Positions 24,521-39,150 are shown, numbered from the stretch's first letter. The stretch is 64,000 nt of DNA from Azolla caroliniana (GCA_043228905.1 JBHGNT010000007.1:15810001-15874000); one strand, 5' to 3'. Translations and numbers: made by a program. The notes: a model not told the origin generated them from the letters alone.

Positions 24521-25334
24521 ATGGCCTCCACTCCACCACGTGCGATTCGCCTTCGTCAACGCCGACTCCTTCGTCTCTTCGATCCGTCACAATCACTCCC
24601 TCCCTTCCCCTCCCCATGCGATGCTCCTCCTCATGACTACCTAGCCTGCAAACCCTAACCCTCATGCTTTCCCTTTCATGGGTGTCAAGATTGTCTCTGT
24701 CTTCCCGGGCAACTCCCAGGCTCCCTCCAATAATGCTTCCTATGGCGGCGTAGTTTCGGCCTCCTACCTGTTCTGCTCCGCCATCTTGGGCCGGCCTGTT
24801 GTGTTTCTTGATGGAGGAAGCCTCACTTTGTGGAGAACTGCCGATGTATGGAACCGCACCTACAACAGAGCTTCAGCCATGGCTGAAAACCTATAGGCCA
24901 GGATGAAAAACCGAGATGTTGCCATTTCAACATGCTCCACTCTAGAAGAAGCATCTTGATCCGCCAACCTCATCTATTGTGCTACCAGGTCTAAAGATGC
25001 GTTGATTCGTGGGGCATGGTTACATCCAGGTTCACACTTAGACCTAGTTGGATCATTTCGTCCTCACATGTGTGAAGTTGATAAGGATGACATCTGTGAC
25101 AATGTTGTATTTGTGGACACAGAGGCAGCTGCCATTGAAGTTGGAGAGGTGGTTGGTCTGAGTAGGTTTGTTCAAGGTAACCTCTCCCAGCTCCTCTCTG
25201 GAGAGAGGCCACGTAGAAGGAACTTGACTGATATCACAGTGTTTAAATCGATCGGGTGTGCCCTTGCCAATCTGGCCACAACTCCGCTTGTTTATGAAAA
25301 GTTCATAGGACAATCAAATCTGAAGAATGGCTAG
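24521..25334 (+). pseudogene. Ornithine cyclodeaminase/mu-crystallin family (SARD4-like) pseudogene
   Basis: LLLM..*..PFMGVKIVSVFPGN..ASY..LDGGSLTLWRTA; WNRT; G.WLHPGSHLDLVGSFRPHMCEVD; TVFKSIG. In-frame stops; the Rossmann GxG segment is deleted. Confidence 0.88.
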
Positions 25335-26315
25335 ATCTTGTTTATGGAAAGCTCATTGGACAATCAAATCTGAAGGACAGCTAAAGACAGCTTTTCATAT
25401 GACAAATCTCATCACTGCTCCAATACCTTGAAAACTTTGATGCCATCGAAAAGGCTTAGGTCAAGATGTTGAAATTTTGGTATATGGAACATCAGCAAGA
25501 AGAAACCATTGCTAACTGCTAGAGGCTTCAATCACTGTCTTCAACCTGATCTCCAACTTTTCAACATTAGCCAATTTGTTTATAGAAAAGTTTATCGGAT
25601 GAAGCTTGCCATGGTTTTGGAGATCTTGCATGAAGGTATAAGTGTTGAAGAAGAAAAAGAAGGTTACCCTGTTCAGAATGATAGAGATCACCATGTCTAT
25701 GTATATAGAGAACTTGATAAAATAAAGATTGATGAAGAATATTGTCTTAATAAAGGTACAAATCATGACATCAAATTTGGATTCCCAAGTACAAGAAGGT
25801 GATAATAGAGAGGAGAAAGCAGCGAAGCAGTCCCTTCCTTTTCGACTTCTTGCTCAAACAAGCTTGTGTTCTCTTCGTTAAATTTTCTGGTGGCTTTCTT
25901 TAGCTCCCTATAAGAGAATTTTCTAGGACCACTTGGCCATCACCGCCGCCACGGCCATATTGCTTCCAGTCGAAGAAGACGAAGAGGAGAACAAAGAAAG
26001 AACAAGAAAGCGAGAGAGAGAGAGAGAGAGAAAGGGGCAGAAAAAATAATTCAGAGACACGAGGGGACACAAACAAATTTCGGAAACAGAAGGGCAGGAC
26101 ACGAGATTTCTAAAACCGGAGGGTACTTAATATAATTTTAGAAAAAAACTTGCGGGGTAGGACATAAATTTTCGGAAACACAACTCATCACTACACATAC
26201 TAGTAAGGAAAAAGAACATATCTATATCTATATATACACACACCCACAATTATTAGTAAACCTAAATGACAGTACCACAGTGGATAATCATGCAATTATG
26301 CTGACCGAACGAGAA

Positions 26316-26834
26316 TGTTCGTGTCAAGCCAGCTCTGATCAAAGTTATCTATGGTTGAGCAGTAAGCCGGTCGAGGAATTTCCGTCCGTGAGAGAAGACT
26401 GATGGAGTTCCGGTCAACAAGAGATTTTTCGGCATGGGATTGTGGGTCCGACGTGCAATGCACTGTCCCACAAGTGTGTCAGGTGTTATCCATATAGGTG
26501 TACGGGATGGATAAGGTGTAATGTGTATGGTGTGTAAAGTCTAAGGTGTGTAATATGTAATATGTATACGAGTCTGTGAGGATGAATATGTGTGAGCACA
26601 TGCACAATTATGTGCATGTGACAAGAATGTAATAATCGTCTTTTTGTAACGATCATTATTTACCGTTACATAATGTACTATAGAACCCCCTTATGGTGCA
26701 TATAAGGAGAAGAATATTTTTTTCCCCTCTCACATTTGTGTCATTTTCTATTTGTCTTTCTCTCTCACTCTGTCTCTAACTTTACCCGTTGGGAGGGGGG
26801 TGAAGCCATTCTAGGCTTCACCCCCACCCCAACA
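26316..26834 (+). repeat. LTR-like sequence related to 23732-24300
   Basis: Shares gtgaggatga.tatgtg..cacatgcacaa.tatgtgcat and the ggcttcaccccc..caaca end; no clear TSD. Confidence 0.7.
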
Positions 26835-28028
26835 ACATATATGTTCTATTAGATATATCATTTTTTACTTCCATGAAACCATGATATATACAATGTTACA
26901 TAGGCATGTCAAAGAAGATGGCATTAACGATGATCCTATTCTTTGAATGAAGCTGGTGTGAAGACACACATACTCTCCATGCTAACATACATACAAACAA
27001 GTACACATACATCCATCCATACATACAAACACATTCTAAACAAAAGAAATGTTGAAAAGAAAAACAAAAAATAAATAGTATAGAACTAAATAAATAAATA
27101 ATAAATACATACTTGTTAAAAAAAGTAAAAACAAAAATTAAACATGTTGCAAATAGATGGTATGCAAGTGATGCCAATAGTGATGAGTTTTGGCATCACT
27201 ACTAACCTATTTTATTGTGACATGTATAGAATACACATCCACATAGGCCTAAGGTGTGCATATATATGGAACACACATATATACACTTCTACATATATAC
27301 ATACATACATAGACACACTCAATAGAGACACATAGACACATGACACAATACAATATGTACATACAACACTTGCAATACAGTACAACACATACATACATAA
27401 ACATGGAATACAACACCATCCACATAGGCCTAACGTGCAAAAATAGTGGAAAAACATATCTTGAACGCACGTGATACAACCTCTTTACTTATAGTGGAGC
27501 CCTCAAGGAAACTAGACCACTATTCAAGTAGGCCAGCCAGTTGTACTCTCTACTCATGATCGACATCGTATTCGACATCATTTGCGCTTAATCTGCGATT
27601 GACATTGAGATAAGCAATAATTATGCTTAATACAGCTAGGAAACGTTGGGGAAGACTAGTTGGCTCTGTCCCACTGCTCGTCGTACCCACTTCAAGCAAG
27701 CTTAGCAACCTAATTGCCATTTGAAATCAAATTGGCAAATCCATAGCCAATTTGATTAGGCAAAATTCGGATAGACTAGTCGACTCTACTCTGATTCGGT
27801 TGTAGTCGTCGTAGGTAGGACAAGCTGATTAGTTCGTATCCAATTTGGTCCAAATAAATTTTAGGTGGACTAGTCGGTTGCACCCTATCACCGATTGTTA
27901 GTTGTAGTCATTTTAGGTAGGGCAAGCCGATTAGCTGATTTAGTTTGTGTCTGATTTGGCTAAATCAATTTTGGGTGGACTAGTTAGTTGCCAACTACAG
28001 ACAGAACTCTCAGTCGACACAAACAAAA

Positions 28029-30055
28029 ATGGCTTCCACATCCGGCTCATCAGACATGCGTCTCTCAAAGTTCGACGAATCAAGCTTTAGCTTTTGGAAG
28101 GAGTAGATGCAAGACTCTCTAATCATGAAAGGTTAGCTTGATATGATTGAGTATGAACAAGCTCTAGAAGAATACAAGCCCAATGAGTGGACAAAATTAG
28201 ATGGAATCGTCCGGGCCACCATTCGGATGCACCTCTTCGAGTCAATGTACTACACAGTGTAATCTGGTTCAACAACATTCCAACTATGGAAGACATTATC
28301 GAACACATATTGATATGGTGTACAAGACAAATGATAATCATACACAATATGAGGGCTTGATCAAACCGATTAGATAGAGTTATGAATTATAATAGATTAT
28401 ATAGACCAAGATAACTATGAATTAGAGAGAGAGAGAGAGAGACTCAAGAGATAAAGAGAAAAGGTAGAGAAGATGAGAAAGGGGTAAGAATGTTATAATA
28501 TTCAAGTATCAATACCATACAAAGGAGATAAACTCCACATTGACCTAAAAAACCAAAGACCTTCTTACTTCCAATCACTCAAACCCACTATTAAGACCCT
28601 TCTTCTTCCACTAAAACACCTCTTCCCAAGACTCCTCATCCTCTATTAGCACCCCTCCTCCTCTATTAGGATCCTCTTTTATAATTTTCTTCTTCCTCCT
28701 CGTCACGCTATTTTTCGAAGCTTTCTATCTCCTATTTTTAGCTAAGACCCAACGACCTTCTTATCGTCATATCTCCTTCATCCAAGCTCCAAATTTAGAG
28801 ATTTAAAAAGATATAGATAGCTCTCTTTACAAGCTTTACCCACGTGATATTTGGATTAAAAATGAAAGAGTTATGACCATTCCTATTTTACTGTTTTTTA
28901 TGGCCCGCTTTTTCTCTTTTTACTTTTCTCTATGTATCTCATTTTTACTTTTAACTTCTTCTTAAGATATTGGTTTGTGTTCTTTGCCTCCAAATGTGAA
29001 TGCTCTATATCTTATATTCTTGTAACGTTCAATGTCTTGAATTCTAAAAACACTTTCACACATATGAGAAAAAGGTCGTCGTCACAAAGATATATCTGAT
29101 CTGGCATCTTTACAACCTTTGGATGAAGGAATCCGATTCGGTCGAGGCACATATAAATGAGTATGAAAGCATAAGTTCCCAACTTTCGGCTGAGGGGATG
29201 ACGATTGAAGATGACCGGAAAGCTCTTGTATTAATGAGTAATCTACCCCCTTCTAGGGAAACTTTCGTCACTACGGTGTGCAACACAGGAGCAACCATGC
29301 AATACCCTAAAGTCAAAAGCTCAATGTTGATAGAAGATGCTCAAAGAAAATTGTTTCTACACGATTTGGCCAGAGACATTTATGTAGTATAGAGGTCGGC
29401 TGAAAAACCGAATAACCGGGGAATAAGTTCTTCTCGGCAACCGATTAATCCTCGAAGCCAATGCAAGTCCAACAATAGCCAAATCTGCAATTATTACAAG
29501 AAAACCGAACATATTAAGGCTGATTGCCACACCCTCAAAGCCAAGAACAATAAGGCTCAAGAATCAGCGCGAAAGGGCTAGTCGGAAGAGGAAGTCAACT
29601 TTGTCGGCTCATCAAGCCAAGTTTTGACTGACGAACCAAATATATTATTTTTCGAGAATTCATTCATTGTACCTGCTTTATGTCACTCTCTGAGAGGGTG
29701 CCTTATTCCTCATAGACATTCTTGTGTCATCGTTATGGCACGGCCAACTCAGCCACCTTAGCGAAGCCGAGATCATGTATTTATCAGGGGCAGCTACATC
29801 CTCAAACTCTCCTTCTCCTATCACCAATTTTGTGAGAATTGCCAATACGGCAAGCAAGCCACGACGTCACACCCAATGACCGCATCTAGAGAATCGAGTT
29901 CGCTCGATTTGGTTCATTCGAACGTTTGTGGCCCAATGCTACATCAATCTCTCGGTGGCACCTCCTACTTCCTCACGTTCATTGACAACTCGACAATGAA
30001 ACTGTGGGTGTATCCTATCCAAACCACGGATCGCGGTTTCATGATCTTTTTTAAA
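28029..30055 (+). pseudogene. Decayed Copia gag and integrase fragment, split by a solo LTR
   Basis: MASTSGSSDMRLSKFD..FSFWKE*MQD; MKESDSVEAHINEY..LPPS; CNYYKKTEHIKADC knuckle; LDLVHSNVCGP..YFLTFID. Confidence 0.85.
28311..29060 (-). repeat. Solo LTR (750 bp) with 5-bp TSD CATAT
   Basis: tgatatgg...ctttcaca flanked by catat at 28306-28310 and 29061-29065; interrupts gag LSNTY/EKK. Confidence 0.92.
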
Positions 30056-31728
30056 TTAGGCTTCTAACTAGTTTACGATAGTGAGTCGGCTCACACTATT
30101 CTATGACGGAGTCAACATCTAGATTCAAGTTTCGATCGAGAGGGTTTGCCATATATTTGCACTTAGTCATCCCGAACTTGTATAACACATTGAGGATGTA
30201 GTGTCGTTGGGAAATCATAATGCAAATTGGAGTCTGAATTACTTCTATACATAGAAAGTAATGAGGCTCTTTCATGTCCATCATCTCAAATTTATCGGTG
30301 AGGAGAGACTTGACCTTGTTGATGTCGACTAGCTATTCACCGCCAATGACTAGATCATCGACGTAGAGAATGATGAAAATTGGTCTTTTGGAATCGCTTC
30401 TTAAATAGATTCTGGAATTTTTGCCTTTCCTTTGTCTGAATTTGGACTTGGTTGTGACATGTTTTTCTTTCTTGGAGGGTCTCGAGGTGCACTCAATCTG
30501 GTTGTGATCGAACTCTCCTTAGCCATTGCCCTTAGTTGTTTGTCATTGTCCAAGTTGTCTTCAAAATCGATCATGATTTGTTCGGGGGGAGTCGACTTCG
30601 GTTTGTACCATGATTCCGATTCATCAAAGACTATATTCCGACTTGCGCAAACCTTCTGAGTAGTGAGGTTGAAGCATTTCAACCCCTTTTGCTCCAATGA
30701 GTATCCTATGAGGATACACTTCTCCGATTTTGGGCCGAGCTTCTACCGCTTCTCATCAGGAATGTGCACGAATGCAATTGAGCCAAATATCCTTATATGG
30801 GATAGATCCGGCTTATTTCCATAGTACAAGGGATGACATCATGCACACCGGATGTCATACATCAGTTCATTATGTAGACGGTTGTATTTGCTACTTCTGC
30901 TCAATATGACTTCCGCATGTACTTCTCGTTCATCATGGCCCTTGCTACTTCGAGGATGTGCCAATTGTTGCGTTCGGCCACTCCGTTCGATTGTGGTGTG
31001 TGTCTGCACGTAAAATCTCGCCGAATTCCTTCTTTTTGGAGATAAGCCAAAAATTTGTCAGAGAAGTTCTCTTTTCCTTCGTCCTATCGAAGGCATCTAA
31101 CATGCCGACTTGTTTCCGTTTCGACTCCACTTTTGATTTTTTGTAAGTGTTTGGACACTTCACTCTTCTACCTCAATGGGCAAGATCCAGGTATGCCTAC
31201 AGATGTCTTTGATAAAGGTGACATAATATCAACATCCTCTGAATGTTGTCATCTGAATAGGTTCCACACATATGAGTGGATCACATCTAAGAGTCCTTTG
31301 TTCACGTTTTTCTCCTTTGGAAATAGATGCGATGTTGTTTGCCGAATTGGCATGCTTCACATACTCCATTGATTTCCTTTTCCTGAAATGTAGGGAGTCT
31401 GATGATGAATCCTTTTGATTGCATCCCCTTGAGCTTTTGGAGGTTGATATGGCTTATTCTTTTATGCCATAGCTCTATATCAGTGTCAGCTTTATGGCCC
31501 TTTGTGAACATGGCCGATTTTACCACGTTCAACTCAAGGATAAACATTCGGCCATGAGCAATGAGTAGCCTTCCTTCTCAATAAAGCAACCACCTTGGTT
31601 GAATCGGACTTGCATGTCTTGCTCCACAATTTGGCCGAGCCAGACCAAACTCTTTGTTATGGTCAGAACATGCAATACATTCTTGATACAAGGTTGTTTG
31701 TCCTCTTTCTCGAATTCGACATTGCCGA

Positions 31729-32636
31729 TGTCGTAGTGTAATTCACACACTACGTGAAAAGTTACATTTTTTGTCTCTCCAGATAGGGCATGGAGTACTC
31801 GGTGAGAACCGCAAGAAGGAACCGGTAAGGACTGAAACCGGTAAGGAGACCCGGCAAAGAGCCGGATGCAGAAGGCCGGTGAGAGTCAGTGAGAAACGGA
31901 CGAAGAGATCGGGAAGGAGGTTCCGGCAAGAACCGGACAAAGAAAACTAGCAAGCACCGGATGAAGCAGAACCGGAAAGAGCCGGATGAAGAAGGCCGGT
32001 GAGAGTCTCTCACCGGATGAAGAGACATATTTGTAAATAGAAGAAAGTATAAAAACATATATTACATGCATAGGGCAAGATTCAAACCGTGCACCTCCAT
32101 GTTAATAATATTAAGCCTTATCATTATACTAGCGTATTATGAGTTTTAAAGTTATACTAAACTTTATCCCATGTAAAATTTCTAGACATGCATGGTACAA
32201 AAAGTTATTCATGCATAGACACTCGAGTAAAAAGAAAAGATGAGATAGAAAGCTAATCATGCACATGTAGTGTGCATGAAAACTAAAAATAGGAAAAGCA
32301 TGATGCTTGCATGTAATAAACTTAGACTCTTCCAACACTATATAAGGAAGAGAGAAAGATGTATAGAGGTTGTTGATTATTTTACAAGGATTTTGATCAA
32401 TCTAATATATTCGTGGGATTCATGATTTTTTTCCATCTATTTCTCTCTTACATTCTAAGTATCAATTAATACACTATACTCATGGGATTCACGAGTTTCT
32501 TATCTTCTTTCAAATATTTCTCTTTCTTGCAATCGATTCATAAGGAGCCTTATCTCATATTCTTCTTTCTCCTAGTCCAAAACCTCAGCGGTTCCCACCC
32601 GATTCACACAACGATCCAGAGCCGAAAGGCACGACA
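31729..32636 (+). repeat. Gypsy 5' LTR
   Basis: Highly similar to 48651-49511; TATA-like ctatataag ~32338. Confidence 0.95.
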
Positions 32637-32640
32637 CAAG

Positions 32641-32657
32641 TGGTGAACCCGACGTGA
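32641..32657 (+). promoter_or_regulatory. Primer-binding site, tRNA-Trp
   Basis: TGGTGAACCCGACGTGA is complementary to the 3' end of eukaryotic tRNA-Trp (..UCACGUCGGGUUCACCA). Confidence 0.85.
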
Positions 32658-32658
32658 A

Positions 32659-35600
32659 AATGGGTGGCAAGGAGATGGAAAATCAACCAGAGGCTAACAA
32701 CATGATGATGATGTTCGAGCGGATGCTTCAAGAACAACGTGCGATGTCGGAGATAGCGGCGGCAGTAGAGCGGCTCGTGCAACGGATCGGGCAATTCAAC
32801 GGAAAGGACGTATCATGCTATCTTCGGGACTACAAGGTAGAAATGCTATGGTGCGGGATTTCGGAAGGACTGCAAGTGGCATCCTTCAACTAGGTGGCTA
32901 TTGACGGGCTTCAAGCAAGTATCCACGGGCTACGACAACAAAATCCGACATGGGAAGTGTTTGAAGAGGCGCTAAAGACCACGTTCGCTATCGAGGACTC
33001 CTCCAAGGCAACGCAGAGAGGATTTGAGGATTGGGTAGAAACGCCGGACAAGGGGATGAAGGTCTTCGATGTGTTTTCGGCATTCGAAAGTCGGTTCGGG
33101 AGGTTGTCTGCGAGAGATCAAGCTATCCTCGCACCGGACAAAGTTATCATGTTCTTACGAGCCGTAGACGTCCGGGACCGGAAGGATCTTGGAGTGCTTC
33201 TAGAGGACACGAATACCGATAGTGGTCTCACCGAAACATGGGAAAGCGTGCGGGATATCGTCGCGCGATACACATAGAGGGGGCAATGGCTTGCCAACGA
33301 AGAAAAGAGGGTTTCGGAACCGATTCCGAAACCGAGATCCGGATCGGAAGACCATCCGCCGCGGGCTCAGGAAGCTACGACTGAGAAGGGAATCGACGCA
33401 ACTACGGTGGAGCAGTTGCTGAAGGAGATGGAAAATCTAAAAATCGCGATGGTGAAGAAGTCGGATGACCGTCCCACAAGTTCCAAGTATATGGACCGTC
33501 GATGGATATGGTGCGATAGCACCGAACATGATCAGAGGGATTGCGACGAGCACAAGGAAGCGCTACGACAGGATCTTATCTACTACGAGGGAAATCAGAT
33601 TCATTCGATGGACTCTCGGAAGCCGCTCTGACCGAACTTCCGAAAAGGCGGCATGAAGAAGGTCCTAGAGGAGGAAATAGTGGCGAAGAACAATTACGCG
33701 ACAACTGCGGGAATACGTGTCGGGGAGTCATCGGGAGCAAAGGTGTCTTTTTTGCCGGAAGTGCTAGAAAACACAGAGAAAACCGACTCTAACGAGATCT
33801 GAAGCACTGCGGAAGGCATCAGGGAAGCTACGGGATGGGAGTGCCCCGTCGATAAGAATAGCGTGTTTGCTTTATGCCAATTGCATGAAGTGTATGTAGA
33901 TGAGAAGCGACGGCGCACGGATGAGGCGGCCGGTCCATCGAAGACACCGGAAAGCTAGAACTCCGGAGGTAAGGGAAAAGAAAAGATGATTCCGGCATTC
34001 GAGCTCGCCTTGGACATCAAACAACAAACGGACTTGAAAAAGGTGTTCGAGGAGAGAATCCTCGATAGCCGGGTAGATTTTTCGCTTCGAGAATTACTCG
34101 GAATAGCGAAGGAGTTCCACGATCTTCTTGTGGATCTCGTGAAGAGAAAAAGGCAAAGTACGGAGGAGAACGCCCCAAGGGTGAATGCAAATACTGTTCT
34201 AATGAATGACACCGAATTGGAGGACGAAATACCGAATTCTCACTACACAAAGCCACACTAGGCACGCGCAACTACGGAGACTCCGGTCCGAATCGGTAAC
34301 ATCAAAGAACACGTGCTAGCATTGATTGATCACGGATCGGAGATCAACTTAATGTCCAAGGAATTCTACCGGAAGGGTAAGTGGCCTATTAACACGAATC
34401 ATGGGTTGAAGATCCGGGCAGCCACTAAAGCAACAGAAGATCTATTTGCGGCTTGTCCGGATGTGACGGTGAAGATCGGGGATGTCGAGATCGACCAAAA
34501 TTTCTTTGTACAAGATGAGGTCTCACACTCCGTGATCCTTGGGCAACCCTTTATCACGGCATCACGGATGGAGACGAAGGTGCTCGATAGCGGTGCGGCT
34601 TTTGCATGAATTCGGAGCCAAAACGGAGGGAATTCCGTCCAATTCCTAACGGTGCCAGCAAATCATGAAAGGAACAAGAGAGAGCTCTTGTCCCAAACAA
34701 GAATGGATTTTTAGAGTGGACTGTTGCAGAGTGGGGAAGTGATAGTCCGAGAAGCCCTGATACCCCACACAGGAAGAAACCTCTCGGTGCAAAACAAGTA
34801 CGAATCGGTCCGGATGGGGCATCCACGTACACGTCCGTAACCAGAGGAATGAAGAAAGAATACCGAAAAGTGGAGGATAAGTTACGGTCGGCATCAATAA
34901 TAAAAGAAGACGAAGAAATCGTGGGAATAGTCGAAGAAGTGTTCTATGGGACCACACTACAACGGCTTGAAGAGCTCGCGGAAGATACAAGCCAGGGAAA
35001 TTGGGTAATTCCAGTGGAGTCGGTCGAGATGGACAAGATCATTGTGAAAATGGGGCCAGATGCGCTCCGCAAAGAAGAAGCAATAGTAAGTACGAAATAC
35101 AAGACCGTGGAGAAGAAAGTGAAATCGGCCGCGGGACCGTTACCCGCAAATAGTGAACAAAAGAGGAAAGAAGTCTCAGGGGATCCGACACTTCGGAAGT
35201 CCATGGATATCGGACATGCCTTCATGGATGAGACCCGGAAGAAACTTCGGATCGATGGAGGTGGATTCCTATTAAAGAATGAAGAAGAACGATTCCGTGG
35301 GACCAAAGATAGTGGAGCCGATGGTGATCTTCACGATTGACCATATGCCGTGGAACCTCAAGCTGATTCCGGTGCCACGGGCGCATATTCCGAAAATCAT
35401 CGACTTGCTCAAGGAGAAGGTGGCGATGGGGATTCTAGAGCCATCAAATGCTCCGTACTCAAATCGATGGTTTACGGTTCCGAAGAAGAATGGGTCACTC
35501 CGATTTATTCAAGATTTGCAACCGGTAAACAAGGTCACGATCCGGAACTCCGGAGTCGGTCCGATAGCGGACGAATTTGCGGAAGCATTTGCCAGTCGTG

Positions 35601-38066
35601 CGATATACTGCATCGGAGACCTATATTCCGGATATAACCAATTCCAACTAGCCGTGGAGAGCCGAGACATCACTACCATGCGAACACCGATAGGATTAGT
35701 CCGGATGTGTACGCTATCACAAGGCGCGACGAACTAAGTCGCACATATGATGAATGCGATGAACAAGGTGCTCCGGGATTGCATACCGGAGATAATGATG
35801 TTCTTCCTAGATGACATTCCGATGAAAGGGTGTGCGGTGGAAGAAAAAGATGAAGCTATTGATGAACGGGGATGCCGAAGGTTCGTAGTCAACCATATCC
35901 ATGATTGTGAGAAAGTGTTACGGAAGTTAGAAGATGTGCATCTAACACTTTCCGGAGAGAAATCGGCATTCGGACAAGAAGAAATATTGGTAGTCGGACA
36001 TCTATGTGGGCCCTACGGCCGAAGACCGTCACCAACCTAGATCGATGCGATTCAAGCTATGAAAGAGGTATGCGAGTCACAATCCGAAGTTCGAAGGTTT
36101 CTTGGAGCATGTACATTCTACCACATATGGATTCCGCACTATGCACATATAGCGGACCCACTCTATCACTTGTTGCAGAAGGGTAAGAATATTGAATGGA
36201 AACCGGAGAATACCAAAGCCGTGAAGAAGCTCAAGAAATCACTACGGAGGGCAAAAGCACTAAAGAAGCCGAACTATGACCAACCGATCATAATAAATGT
36301 TGGCACAAGTCCAACCGGAATCGGATGGGTCATCAATCAAGCCAATCCGGAAGGTTCGCGATATCCGATTTGATTCGGAGCAAAGGTTCTCAACGAAAGG
36401 CAACATGGATATGCACAAGTTAAAAGAGAATTATGGGGAGTCGTGTCGGAAATCAAATCGGATCGAGATTATTTGATCAGAGCCGAAGTAGTGATCGAAA
36501 CGGATTGTCTTCCGATACTCGGGATGATGCGGTGTTGCACAATACCGGATGTGGCTATGCTAAGATGGATTGCATATGTTAAGTCACTTAATCCAGAAAA
36601 GACAACGCTGTAGCGGATATGCTATCAAGGGCGCGGTTCGGAGATGACATAACCGAATCCGATAATGAAGAAGTTTTTGAAGACTACTTTGCTTCAGAGC
36701 ACATATGCCGGGTGGACGTAATCCAAGAATTCCGGGAAGAAGAATACGAGGGAGAAAGCTTGTTGATTGTGAAAATGCTACAAGAAATCGAGGAATCATC
36801 GGACAATAAAGAGAAGAGAGCCGAGATCCGAAGTAAGAAACGGCAAGTCCGAAAGTTCTTCTTGACAAATGGATTTTTATGGAGGGAGCCGAAAAGACCG
36901 GGTGGCATACCACTTCGAGTAGTCGAGACAAAAGAGCAACGAAACCAGGTAATGTCCGAATTTCACGAATCTGATTGGGCTGGACATCGGGGAACATGGG
37001 CAACATTTGGGAAGATCAAGCAAAGATATTGGTGGAAGAATATGTACAAAGATGTCGCGAAGTTCACGGAAAGCTGCGAGAAGTGTCAAATCTACTCCAG
37101 ATTTCGACACCGAGATGAGTTACATCCAACATTCTCACCGACAATCAACTTCAAATGGATGGTCGACATTGTAGCCATGCCAACCGGGATCGGATAAAAG
37201 AAGTACTTGGTGTTAGCTCGGGAATATCTCACAAATCAAGTAGAAGGTCGGGCGCTACGAAGAAAAACGTGTTCTGTGGTATGTCAATTTCTTTTGGAAG
37301 AAGTGTTTTGCAAGTACGGGTGCGTACTAGGACAAGTGATTGCGGATCGGGGATAACTTGACTCTGATAAAGCTAGGGGATTCTTTGCCAAACATGGAGT
37401 TCTGTTAACACTAACAATGGCATATAATCCGGAAGCCAACGGGAAGGTCGAGCGAGGACATAGTCCGATCGTCAAAGCACTTGCCAAAGCATGCGACGGA
37501 AGGGTGAAGGATTGGCCGCAGATGCTTCCGTATGCACTATGGGCGGATTGGACGACGCATAGCTCCGTAACCGGTTACATGCCGGCAGAACCCATGACAG
37601 GACAAGCACCGGTAATGCCGACGGAAACCACAATCGCGACATGGACAATGCTACCATGGAAGGAAGAGATGAGCTGGGAAGAACTACTAGCGGTCCGGAT
37701 ACGACAACTGGAGGGAAGACCAGAAGACATAGCGAAAGCAATACGCCGACAACAAGAAGCGCGATTCCGGAATAAAAGCCAGTTCGACACAAAGCACCGA
37801 CTATGACCACGGAAGATTGAAGAAGGACATTGGGTGATTGTCTACAACAGTAGTTTGGATCATCAACATACAATGATGCGGAAGTTCGCGAAAAGGTGGT
37901 TCATGCCATACGAGGTTCGGAAAGTTTTCGACAACGGAAGTTACCGACTATGCGAGTTGGATGGAACAATGCTACGAGTGCCTACAGCCGGGAAACGGGT
38001 GAAGATTTTCAAGAAGTGGACTGATGAAGAACCCTATGTGATCCTAGACAAGACCGACAAGAAGGA
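32659..38066 (+). pseudogene. Gypsy gag-pol with many premature stops
   Basis: FNGKDVSCYLRDY gag; ALIDHGSEINLM protease; RWFTVPKKNGSLRFIQDLQPVN..FLDDI RT; RNase H; GHRG..C..C and AYNPEANGKVER integrase. Confidence 0.93.
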
Positions 38067-38406
38067 GGGTGAAAGCATGCGAGTGGAAACAATTAGCTAT
38101 GTCCTTGACATAGCTAATTAGCTATGCAAAAAGCTACCATTGATAAATAGTCATTTTAGTAAAAAGCCATCATTAATAAATTAAGTATGCAAAAAACTAC
38201 CATTGAAAATACTAGAGTGTTTTAATTACATATGTAAATGAGTGCCATAAATGTGCAACATAAATTGATGTGTGCACCATAAATTATATATTGAATTCCT
38301 AGGTCCATTATGCATGATCCTTTGCCACATCACGTAGGCCATCTCTAGTTGAGTACTGTGGGTTAGTTGCTACCACTGTTGCTAAACCTTATCGAGTCAA
38401 CCTGCC

Positions 38407-39150
38407 GCCACTCTACACTGAGGGGCCGCTACTGTATGTTCCAAGCATCATCAAAGAGCTGCTCAATCTGACGAGGTTCTCTTCTCTGTGACACTCTACG
38501 CTCAGGGGCCACTACTGTGCATTCCAAGCATCATCAAAGAGTTGTTCAATCTGACGGGGTTCTCTTCTCTATGCCACTCTACACTCAGGGGCCGCTAGTG
38601 TGCGTTCCAAGCATCATCAAAGAGCTGTTCAATCTGATAGGGTTCTCTTCTCTGTGCCACTCTACACTCAAGGGCCGCTACCGTGTGTTCCAAGCATCAT
38701 CAAATAGTTGTTCAATCTGACGGGGTTCTCTTCTCTGGGCCACTCTACACTCAAGGGCCGCTACCATGCGTTCCAAGCACCATCAAAGAGTTGTTCAATC
38801 TGACGGGGTTCTCTTCTCTGTGCCGCTCTACACTCAAGGGCCGCTATCGTGCGTTCCAAGCATCATCAAAGAGTTGTTCAATCTGACGGGGTTCTCTTCT
38901 CTTTGCCACTCTACACTCAGGGGCCGCTACTGTGCGTTCCAAGCATCATTGGTAACTGTTTAATCTGACGGGGTTCTCTTCTCTGTGCCACTCTACACTC
39001 AGGGGCCGCTACTGTGCGTTCCAAGCATCATTGGTAACTGTTGAATCTGACGAGGTTCTCTTCTCTGTGCTACTCTACTCTCAGGTGCCTTCTATGTGCG
39101 TTCCAAGCATCATCGGTAACTGTTCAATCTGACGGGGTTCTCTCCTCCAT
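38407..39150 (+). repeat. 83-bp tandem repeat, ~9 copies, upstream of the transposase
   Basis: gccactctacactcaggggccgctactgtgcgttccaagcatcatcaaagagttgttcaatctgacggggttctcttctctgt with period 83. Confidence 0.95.

Noticed and set aside
26880-27480. Cys/Tyr/Val-rich ORFs
   Set aside because: Translation of (CATA)/(CA)-rich low-complexity DNA
38407-39150. CRISPR-like appearance of regular repeats
   Set aside because: Whole 83-bp units repeat with no unique spacers, there are no cas genes, and the context is eukaryotic
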